Shown here piece after piece: positions 25,768-37,066 of a DNA stretch of 64,000 nt. The DNA lies in contig NC_087245.1 in NCBI RefSeq assembly GCF_037042905.1, positions 14,572,001-14,636,000 on the forward strand. The letters are read 5' to 3'. The notes beneath the pieces were generated by a model. That model was not told the DNA's origin. It did no database searches and was given only the letters and a program-made list of their open reading frames with translations. The position numbers and the translations under genes were made by a program. Positions within the stretch are counted from its first letter, which is position 1. Each line of letters starts with the position of its first letter. Source of the stretch: Lytechinus pictus (Eukaryota).

Positions 25768-28603
25768 TAGTCCAGGATAGAAGGGGTCGAACCTTGTTTT
25801 TTTATATATACAATGTTTTTTGATGGTTTCTTGTCAATTCGAGGGTGCTGATTCCGAATCTGAATGATGCCACTCGTGTAACCTTGAGCATTTTCTGCAA
25901 ATTGGCAAAATCCAATATGGCCGCCAAAATATTCAAATTACCCATGAAAATCATAAAATTGTCCACACATTGGCTATAAAGTACATGCAATTGTGCTGCC
26001 GGAGTGAAATAATATCTGAAAAAATGATTTTTGTCAAAATATTATTTTCTTGATATCAAAATGGCCGCCATCATAGACCCCTGTACAATATGAATGGGGA
26101 AAATTAATTTTTACAAAATTGAGCACTGAAATGCAAGTAATTATGATCTATGAGTGAAGCAATGTCTGAAAACATGATTGCTAACGATATATATCATTTG
26201 TTATGTCAGTCATGTGATAAATCCTGTATTTTGATATTCAAAATGGCCTCCAAAAGCCCTAATACTATTATGTACAATGTGAATGGTGACACAAAAAAAT
26301 CACAAGAGTGAGCACTAAAATGCATTTTGTTAAGATAAACGAGTGGAATACTGACTATAAAAACAGTATTGTTAACGAAATTTATTATTTAACATGCCAT
26401 GTTTGTGATAAACCCTGTATTTTGATATTTAATATGGCCGCCAAAGGCCCTAAAATTATGATCTACGATGTGAGAGAGGACAAAAACAATCACAAGGTGA
26501 GCACTAAAACGTATTTTTTTGTGGTAAATTAGTGGAATACTGTCTTCAAATATAATTTGCAACGAAATATATTATTCGGGTTTCATATTTGTGTTAAATA
26601 TTGTATTTTGACTTTCAAAATGGCCGCCAAAAGACATTGACTGTATCATGTACAATCGATCTGGGAAACCAATTTTCACAGGAGTCAGCACCATAACATG
26701 CATATAATTGTGATTTAAGAGTAAAATATTGTCTGAAAACATAATTTCTAACAAGATATATCATTCATTCTGCCAGGTAGGTGATAAATAATGTATTTTG
26801 AAAGTCAAAATGGCCGCTACAGGCCCTAACGGTGGGCCTATTATGTACTTTGTGAATGGGAACATATAATTTTAACAGAATTTGGCTTTGCTTGACTAAA
26901 TGGTGTTGCATGTATGAGTGAAATATCGTCTGAAAATATGATTTCTAACCAAATAGATCATTTCTTATGTTATTTAGGTGATAAATGCTATATTTAAATT
27001 TCAAAATGGCTGCAATATGTTTCTTTGTGGAAATTATCTTTCCCCATTCAAATTTTACATATTAAGATAAGGGACTATGGCGGCCATTTTTCATTTTTAA
27101 AAGGCTGCATTCATCACCTTTATGACACAAGCTATGATATATTTCGTTAGAAATCATTGGGTTTAGACAATACCTAACACATACATCAAAATTAAGCCAT
27201 TTTCATAGTAAAAATTTTGTCAAAATTATCTGTCCCCAGTTACAATGTACATACTACTTTGGGCTATGGCAGCAATTTTGAATTTCAAAGTAAGGACTTT
27301 ATTACCTTCTCAACCATTATGTGATGTATTTAGTCAGAAATCATGTTCAAGACCAAATTTTACCTATACATCACATAGTTACGTGCGTTTTTGGTTCTCA
27401 TTCTGGTGATGATTAGTTTCCCTATACGCATGTTACAAAATGTGTAGGGGCTTGTGCGGCCGTTTTGAAAGTCAAAATACAGTATTTATCACCTACATGG
27501 GAAAGGAAATGTTTCATTATAAAAATCACGTTTTCAAACAATATTTTCCTTATACAACAGAATTATATGGATTTCATAGTCAGGCAAATCCTAATTCTTT
27601 CAAAAGTATTTGTCCCCATTTACATTACGCACGTAACATTAGTTTGGTTCTCATTCTGGTGATGATTAGTTTCCCTATACGCATGTTACAGAATTTGTAG
27701 GGGCTTGTGCGGCCGTTTTGAATTTTACAATACAGCATTAATCTCATGCATGAAAAAGGAAATGATATGTTTCGCCAGAAAACATGTTTTTAGACAATAT
27801 TTCTCTCGTAGATTACAATTACATTCATTTTATTGTTTTTACTCTTGTGAAAATCAGTTTCTTCATTCGCTTTGTTCATAATACAGATAGGGCCGATGCC
27901 AGCCATTTTGAATGTCAACATGCAGCATAATTACCGAAATTGCAAGGGAAATGATGTTTCGTTAGAAATCCTTGTTGTCAGACAGTGTTACACCAATATT
28001 TCGCAGTAATTGGAATTTTAAAGTCAAACAAATTCAAAGGTTGTGAAAATTATTTGTCCCCTTTTATATATTGTACACAGTATAAGGGGTCTATGACAGC
28101 CATTTTGAATATCATAATACAGCATTTATCACATTAGATAGTATACAAATGACATAGTTTTGTTAATAGTCATGTTTTCAGACAGTAGTCCACTCACAGG
28201 TCACAATCACATGCAATAATAGTGCTCTTGTTTGAAAAAATATTTTTCCCCATTTATATTCTACATAATAAAGTATACAGGGGTTATGGCGGCCATTTTG
28301 AATATCAATAAAATAAATATTTTGTCAAATATTGCTTTTCCAATTGGTATTTCACTTCTGCCCAACAACTACATTCATTTTATAGCTAATGTGTGGGCAA
28401 TTTTATGATTTTCATGGGTAATTTGCATATGTTGGCGGCCATATTGGATTTTGCCAATTTGCAGAAAATGCTCAAGGTTACAAGAGTGGCATCATTCAGA
28501 TTCGGAATCAGCACCCTCGAATTGACAAGAAACCATAAAAAAACATTGTATATCTAAAAAAAACAAGGTTCGACCCCTTGTCTATGGGGCCTATCCTGGA
28601 CTA
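25768..28603. mobile_element. Non-autonomous Academ-like transposon with ~350-bp TIRs and internal ~190-bp diverged repeats
   Basis: Termini TAGTCCAGGATAG...CTATCCTGGACTA; exact 3-bp TSD ATA (25765-25767, 28604-28606). The outer ~200 bp of the TIRs are nearly identical apart from a ~10-bp indel near the ends. Confidence 0.88.
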
Positions 28604-29615
28604 ATATGAATGGGATCATGGGGATTCAAAATGAAGAGGTTTGGGGTTAAAACGTTATTTAATTAACTTTCTGGCTGAGTAATTATAGATCCGGTATGTG
28701 GTCACCATGGTGATTTCGTTGTCAAATTTCAAGGATTGCAGTGTGGATTATGCACGGAAGCTTAGAAATTCCGTTCCGTGACAAATCGAATAGAGCCAGA
28801 TGTACTGCAGATCTGATCATAAAGATGCCGATAGATATTTGGTAGTAATTAATGTCTTTCTCTTCGCAATGTGCCTTCCTCTTTTTCATTTACAAACAAA
28901 TAATAGCTCCTTAATTATGTATAATGCTTTAAAAAACCGTAATGAGGCAAACAGAAATATGAGTGGGCTATATATGTTTGGTGCGAATTAATAGTTTGGA
29001 AAATCTGCAAGCGGGCGAGCGAAACGTAGAGCAAAAAATACACTCATTGTTATTTTGCCGGATTTTTGCGCTTGAATAATTTTAGCAACTCGATATGATT
29101 ATATTGAATTTGATTAATGACGAAAACTACAATATCTAAAAGAAAAAATATGTTTATCGGGGGACTTTAGAGAGTTTCCGACCCCTTTACTGCCTCCTTA
29201 TACCTAGTAGTAGACAATTCTCATAAACTGCCAAGATTAACAGTTAAATAAAATACATTTTCAAAGTATACGTTAAAAAATTGTATGGTTTGTTTTGATA
29301 TTACCTAGGAACATTATGAAGTCACAGGGGGCAAGGGCGAAGGTATACAAAAGAGGATGATAAAAATGGGAGAAATGCCAAAAAAAAGGTCGCGCAATAA
29401 ATATTCATTTTATTGAGAAAAATAATGACACCAAACTTGTCAAAACAGCCTGGAGCCACCCGTGTTTGGAAACGATAATCTATTTTTTATAACCTAAGAA
29501 AACAAACCGGAAGAAGCGACAAATCAAAATTATAAACCTTGGGAAATGAAGCTTATCCAAAATAGCGTTGGTTTCAAACAACATATCGATGTAATTCATG
29601 TTTCGAAGCACATAT

Positions 29616-29906
29616 GGGGACGTTGTGGTCTAGTGCATGGTTAAGACTCTCGTCATTCAATCTGGAGGACGTGGGTTCGATTCCAAGCCATGGCTTGTTT
29701 TCCTTCAGCAAGAAATTTACCCACATTGTGCTGCACTTTACCCATGTGAGGTAAATGGGTACCGGCAGGTAGTAAATCCTCAAAAAGTTGTGCGCACCAG
29801 AATCGGTAGACTACTAGTAGCTTATATAGCCGGGGTAATATAGGAGCGCATTGGGCACCTAGCAAGGTGGATACGTGCGCTATACAAATCCTATATTATT
29901 TATTAT
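29616..29906 (+). mobile_element. tRNA-derived SINE
   Basis: A box TGGTCTAGTG..GG, B box GGTTCGATTCC, central CCTTCAGCAAG...GTAAATGGGTACC domain, L2-like 3' end GCGCTATACAAAT and (TAT)n tail. Confidence 0.88.
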
Positions 29907-32900
29907 ACAGTATAGTTGTTTCTTTAAATCTAAATGGAAACAATCAGATCTAAGTTTATCGGTTTGCTATTTCTTGATTTCATTAGAAGAAAAGGTTAAT
30001 CGGTTTGCTGTTTCTTGATTTCATTAGAAGAAAATCTTAGATCTGACATTAATTCGAGCATGAAGGAATGTATGAAAACATAAAAGTAGGTATTCGTGTT
30101 TGGGCGTTTCGAATCTCCAAAGCAGATCCAATTAAAGGCCGATTAGAACTAATCGCCTCACGTGAAGCAATTGAACAAAGATTCTTTTCTCTAAGTTTAT
30201 AATCAGCCGTGAATTAACATGAATATCTGAGAAATCGCCCGAAGGTTGTCGTAAACATGGTTTCTCGTTTGAATTGAATAGAGTAAGGATGGAATCAAAT
30301 TGTGTAATCTATACATGTATCCCTCTTGCTTCATTTCTTATTTTTCTTTGATATTTCACCAATGATACGTTTTTATGTTGAGAAACATGTTATTCCTCAC
30401 ATCGACTGTATCAGTTTGTATATTTATATGTAAATTAATTTATTTGTTACCTAGAAATAAAAAGGGAATTACATTTTTTTCATTTGAATTTTGTATCAGT
30501 TATTAACTACTGCAAATATTATTTTATTGCATGATGATTTATTATCAATACATGAATCATATTCAATATAGTTTCACATTTATACCTGAAAATGCGCAAT
30601 TCTCCCTCGTTTCACGTATTCTCATCGCAAGTTTATCGGCCTATATGTACCGTAAACTCAGGCTGGGCTGGTGATTAATAACCCTTATCTACCAAGAAAA
30701 GAAGAACATAAATGGTAGCCATCTTTATATAACATCATTTTTGCTATAGAAAAAGTGATTCTTTATTTTGGCCAATGATCATGATTGTTATCACTTCCTG
30801 CATTTTATTTTACTATTTAATGGTCAAGCGTCCGTTGCTTATTGGCATATTTCCTTGTTTATTTTTCTGGCAAAGTAATATTAATCACAACATACGAGGC
30901 ACATCATAATTGGAGAAACTGACGAATTAACATTACATCTAAACGTTAAAGATTTGTCTGCTTGTTTTGTTGTCTCATTACCAGCAATTTGATTCAAAAG
31001 AAATCGATTGATGTTCACATGGTTGGGATGAAGGTGCCTTTGCCGAAAATACTTATTTACTCCTATTTCTATTAATGATCTCTGCATGGCTCAGCTGCGA
31101 TTTCACCAACCGTCACCTTTCTGACGTCTATTGCATCGAACCTTAATTTAATCACAGCTTCCCGCCTTTTCCAACCATCTGAGCACGACATACTTAGTTC
31201 TCCTCTTTTTACGTGGACAATCATAAATCAATCATAGAGCACAAAGAGGATAGTTTAAAGTGTTTACTTTGATTAAAAACTTAAAAGGTCAACTGTTCAG
31301 GATCTGCAAAGTATACAGAGGGATTGCTTTTCAACGGGTGTAATATAAGTCCGTCTGTCATCTTGTTCTTTCTCACAAATTTGTGTACGCCATCAATGAA
31401 AGCTCTACCATATACCAATTGAAAATAAGACTCTTGAAAAGAAATGGACAGGGTTTTCATTGTAATGAATTTTAAAATATAGGGTTACATTTCGGGGTGT
31501 GTGATAACGCCTACAAAAAAGTACAAAACTTGCTTCCTATATATCGCAGAGCAGAAAACCAAATAGGCCCTGCAATATTGTTTTTGCTGCACGGCACCGC
31601 TTCTGGAGTACTACTTTTTTAATGGTAAGATTGAAAATTTCTTTAATATATTCGTATATAATTTAACACATTAATTTCAGGTTGGCCCTGGAATGTATCA
31701 CGATGTCGTCTTCGAATTATACATGTGCAGGTTTTAGAAAGCTGATTGTTTGTAATTCTGAACGAAGTCACAGATGTTTGTATATTATTTCCGGTATGGA
31801 AGTGGCGCCTCCGTTTTTTGCTTTATATGCGTTTCTTTTTTTTTAAAGATGGTCATTTTTAACCTTCTTTTTGGCGTTTAAATTGCAAATATTCGGATTA
31901 CCCACCAAATGTATTACATCAATAATTATATAATTCACTTTATTTTATCAAACTTGAAATAAAAGCAAAAACAATGATATCAAATAAACTGATGATTACT
32001 TTAAAGCTTGGTCGTTGCTTTCGCACTCTCTGTAATTATATCCTCAATCTCTCTGCATATAATAACCCCCCCCCCTCTCCCTTTCTCTCTCCCTCTTTCT
32101 CTCTCCGTATATCTTTTTCTCACTCTACTCTCCAATGAATCATGACAACTATTTGTTGTTTTTCCCTGTTTTTCTGGGGTTTTTTCCACCTCAAAATGTG
32201 TACTAGATCCTACTTTCAACAATTTGCACAAATAGTTTTCAACAGTGAAAATGCATTCTTCAATTTGTAGAACCCTGTTAGACATTTACATCTTTTAATT
32301 CAACTTGTTTTCATCTTGTTTTGTGTAAGTTTATTTCTTTAATAGCTTTGTTTTCAAGGTAAAATGTTATTTTATACCACATTGTTGCCGGATGGCATGG
32401 ATCGATCGGATATCAAACAGTGAGACGACCCTCAAAATGAGAGGTATAGAACTCCTTCATCCTGATTTGATGTATCTCGGATATCCGATATGAGGTGCGG
32501 GCGGGAGGGAGGGTCATTGTGACAACGGATAACAAAAAGTAAGTCACTGACATGCACCGATCCTATTTTGACACTGTATACCAGCGGCGTTACGAGGGTC
32601 ACCATGTGTTCGGATGATTTTTCAACTGCAAAAGAGCGAAGCGAACAGCTATAGAAAGCTCCCTTTCCATTATTCCTGCCAAAGATCTAGCTTGTAAAAA
32701 GTCAAATATGTAAAAATAAAATAAATAAATGAATAAATAAAATAATTAAAAATAAATAAATAACTAAATAAAAAAAATACAAGGAATGTTGAAAAGTGCA
32801 ATTCAGTCGTTTATATAAAAATTTATTCAAAACTCTGAGAAGAGTTCACCATTTAACGTGTGAAATGGTGAAAAACGAATTTCAACGCGCGAAGCGCACT

Positions 32901-34162
32901 TTTATCAAGAGCGCAGTGAGGAAGGTTGACATATTATCAAATAATGAAGAGAAAGTTGACCTCTCATAGTTTCAATCTTTGAATCTATGAATAGATTGTT
33001 TATCTCGACAGACCAAAATACTTCAATAATTTGAAGAGACAGACTCGATATCGATAGCTAATGGCGCATAATGAAGATAACAGGAAGCCCAGCATCGATT
33101 GTTATCTATGGGACTACATGTCTTCCTTTAGATATCCGCTCATTATACTGATTAAAAGTCAACAAAACTGTCTCGATTGCATTTCTTCACTTTCTCACCG
33201 ATTTCTGGACTTTCCAACGATCAAAGTTTAAGATTTTTACATTATTTTGTTCCAAATTTAACCCAGTTCAATGGTTTATTTATCGACATTGTTTTTATGA
33301 AAAATAGCCTCATGTTGATTTAAGACTTACAATCAATGCTCAATTTAGTTTGTTATTTTTGACATTGACATTAAAGTCATAGCAAAATGTCTGTGAAGAT
33401 AGAAGTTGTTAATGACTCTCACAGAAATAAAAAAAAGTTGTTAATGACTCTCTTCAAATATAATAACCGCTTTGTAATCTATTTTTTGCAAATTATGATA
33501 CTGAGTTTGTTTGGGGCATCTTACATGGCCTGCTAATTATGTCAAATTGCTTTAAATATACCCAAGTGCATAACAAGATTTGATGATTTCAGTCTCCTTC
33601 GTCAGATGCATGCATTTCCTTTGAGATGTTGTTTATTTACACATTGTCTACTCACTGTGGAGCAATTCGATCCACTCAAAACTTGATAGACGCCTTACAC
33701 ACCCATTTATGAAACTATCTAAATTAATCATAGATGCTGTAGAAGAGCCTGATATTAGAAACGACATTATAATTTGTGCAACAAAATTGGTATTAGACAG
33801 AAAAGTAATTATTAAATAGGTGGTTAAAAGGAACGAACAGAAGAAAGATGTGCACTGGCTTCATAATAACGCTGTCGATCAGAAGATAAAATAAATTCTT
33901 TTTTATCATTTTTATGTGTCAGCAGTTCATTACTTGGTGGTCATGGTGGTGATAGTTTCATTTGGTCAATAAAATTGTACAGGAAGGTGAACAAGACAGT
34001 GAATGCCCGGCTACCTTGGTCAGGCTAAACTAATAATATGACCATCACAGGACGAATCCGCCAGGACCACAGCGTTACCCCTTTTTACCAAATATGTAAT
34101 GTGCCTGTCGTATAAAGATGATTTCTCTCTCCAGAGGAAAAAAAAATGTATATCAGATTTTG

Positions 34163-34470
34163 TAAAGGTCAAGTCCACCCCAGAAAAATGTTGATTTGAA
34201 TCAATAGAGAAAAATCAAACAAGTGTAACGCTTAAAATTACGTCAATATCGGATGTACAGTAAGAAAGTTATAACAATTCAAAGTTTCGCTTACAATACA
34301 GCTATATGCACAACTCAGTGACATGTAAATGAGAGACTCGATGATGTCCCTCACTCACTATTTCTTTTATTTTTTATTTCTTAATTATTTCATTTTTTTT
34401 ACAGATTTGACAATAAGGACCAACTAGATTAAACCATAGAACGTTAAAACTATGGTAATTCTTCATGTTC
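34163..34470 (+). mobile_element. TTAAAGG-family non-autonomous DNA element fragment
   Basis: Starts TAAAGGTCAAGTCCACCCCAG and carries the same core as 12417-12670. Confidence 0.55.
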
Positions 34471-35890
34471 AAATCAACTTTTTGATGAGGTGGATCTCTG
34501 AGGCACATGTGTCATTTCTGGATGTGAGAATTACTCCCTTGTTTCGCTTGTTGTGATATCTGTAAAAAGATACAAACTTTCTGTGCCCCTTATTATTGAA
34601 AATTGAACCGCTCCTGGACTACCATTGCCATCAAATTCAGTTTCAGTCTATAGTAACCGTATATTTAGTTTTATCATTCCTCGGTGTTCGTTTAGGAATT
34701 CATGACATTTTGAAAATTCATACCAAAATCATGCCTCTCTTCATTTGTAATATATTGTATTTTTTTTAATGTCTTTGCTTGTAGAATTATAAACTTAAGT
34801 GTCACTTGATTATTTTAATCCTATTTTACCACTTCATGATTACTTATTGATTCATTTGTAAACTTTTACGGAGATGATTTATTTTTTGTTAATTTATTCG
34901 TTCATTAATAGTTAGTTTCATCTCCTCTTTATTCCTTTGCTCGTTTGATATCTGTATATTATAGCTACAATGTCCCACACCAGTCTCACAAAATATGTAT
35001 TCTTTAATCTACCTAGACTTCCTTCCAATTAGTTCTGAACACCCATGATACCCAGTCTAATTGTTTTAGAGCTTAATTGGGTTTTAATTCTGAGCAACAA
35101 GCGAAAAATTGCTTAACGCATCGTTGACAGACTCACTAGGATAATATATATAGCAACCCACGCTGAAATGATTGTGACTGAGTCGGCCTGTAGATTGACA
35201 TGCATGGAATTGAAGTGATTTTCTTGCGAAGTATTAATATATATATATACAAAAACCTGTCTGAATACATCGCTTAATAATTATAAACATTGTTAATGAT
35301 TTTTCAAATGCAAATAAAGTATAAAATTTTTTGCAATTTACATACGTTTAAATACATAGCCATTTTTTTTTATCCTGTAACATTGAAACGTGTTCTTGGC
35401 AGGGGAGGGTGACAGAATATTTTAGGCGGGGGGGGGGGGGGTCAAGACGAGCAAAACGTCTTATTATTTCTCAAATGAAGCCTTAATTTATAGTGGTATT
35501 ACACGGCTATACATTCTTACGTTCTTCTTCCTTCTTTCTGTTTTTTTTCTTCCTCTCCCCTCTTCTCCTGTTTTTACTACTTTAGAAATAGTGAGCTGGT
35601 CGCCCCTGTCCTGCCCTTCTGCCGCTCCTGATTACCGGGGAAGAACGCGACAAAAGTTCTCATATAGTCTGCCATTAGTTTCATGAGAAATAACAATGTC
35701 AGTTTTGACTGTGAGGATAGTGCCTGTGCCGTTTGGGCATTAATGTGATGATAAAAACTTTTATACAGTTTCTTTCTTCTTACACTGTAAAAAATGAATT
35801 GCTAATTTAGCACTTACAGTGTTTGTATAGTGACTGCACTAAGAGTGCAGATTTTTTTAGTTCAAATTTAAACTAGAGTGTACAACTATA

Positions 35891-35940
35891 ATTCAATTTA
35901 ATTCAATTCAATTCAATTCTTTATTCCATTTCCATTCAAA
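35891..35940 (-). mobile_element. LINE 3' tail remnant
   Basis: Minus strand GGAATAAAG followed by (AATTG)n; same tail type as at 6389. Confidence 0.45.
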
Positions 35941-36199
35941 ACACAATGCAAAGTAATATAAAGTAATAAAAATCAAGTACAATTTTACAGACGAGCATTC
36001 TTACTTCGTAAAACAAAAAAACAGTATGATATTGAGCATAAATGGAAATGAATAATATATAATAAATAATATGCTTGTGTGGTATCCCTTGAACCAGTCA
36101 CATTGAATCAAACCAAGAATACCGTGCATTAACGTTTTTATTAACTAAATATCAACAAACGTGTTCCAACATCGTTATACAATCTACTTAAACTTGATT

Positions 36200-36573
36200 G
36201 ATTATACTATTACCCCCCTGCCTCTGTATTTCCCCTATATTTTGTTATCTTCTTAAGTTATACCCGTGTTTGTTTCGTTTTACATATTTACGTACATAAT
36301 GTTTGTTTATGTGTATATTTATGTTTACTATATATGAATTTATGATCACAGCAAAATAGTTAAATATACTTAATTACCATTGAGGTGGGCATAATACATA
36401 CAAGCCCCCACCATGGCTTTTATCTTGCCCACTTTTTTTTCAATCTTATCATGCTGTTTTGTCTAAATTATTTTCTTTCTTCTTATGCTCTAGATCCTCA
36501 TGCTACTGTTTTATAGATGTACTGTTTAATATAATGTTTGAAATTGGAAATAAAGATTGAAATTGAAATTGAT
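36200..36573 (+). mobile_element. LINE 3' UTR remnant
   Basis: GTGGGCA...TACAAGCC...GGCTT...TGCCCAC stem-loop, T-rich UTR, AATAAA and (ATTGAA)n tail. Confidence 0.45.
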
Positions 36574-36577
36574 AGAT

Positions 36578-36830
36578 CACTGTAAAAAATATTGGGTAAA
36601 ATTCTAACCAGCACGAGGGTAATTATGTGTCCAACCAATTTTGGGCAGTATTTACCCAATGCGGGAAGCGTATTGTCCAGTAAGGTTAAAATAATAAGCA
36701 GCAATTACTTTAGAATGGACAAAATTTTCATCACACTGGATAAATAAAAATGCCCAAAAGAAATGCCCAATGTTGGTTGGACACATAATTACCCTTATGG
36801 AGCATTTTTACCCGATATTTTTTTAGAATG
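36578..36830. mobile_element. CACTG-ended (CACTA/EnSpm-like) MITE
   Basis: About 65-bp imperfect TIRs: CACTGTAAAAAATATTGGGTAAAA...AGGGTAATTATGTGTCCAACCAA versus TTGGTTGGACACATAATTACCCT...TTTTTACCCGATATTTTTTTAGAATG. Confidence 0.7.
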
Positions 36831-37066
36831 TTGTTTGTAATTAATAAGTGTATCCCTGCATCGTCAAAATATTTCACGAGGTGATTAGCAATTAATAATA
36901 ATGACAATAAACATGCTTCAACTACATGCACGTTCACTCGACACTTTTAACATGATTATTGCATTTGACCCTTATTGCATTTTACTATTAGCATGATTAG
37001 ATACCCCCACCTCTCTGTTTACGTGATTTACTTTGGTCTGTTTGGTGGGCGTTGCGGACTGCCCCC

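Noticed and set aside
29616..29690. Functional tRNA gene
   Set aside because: No clean cloverleaf, an insertion in the A-box region, and it continues into a SINE body and tail.
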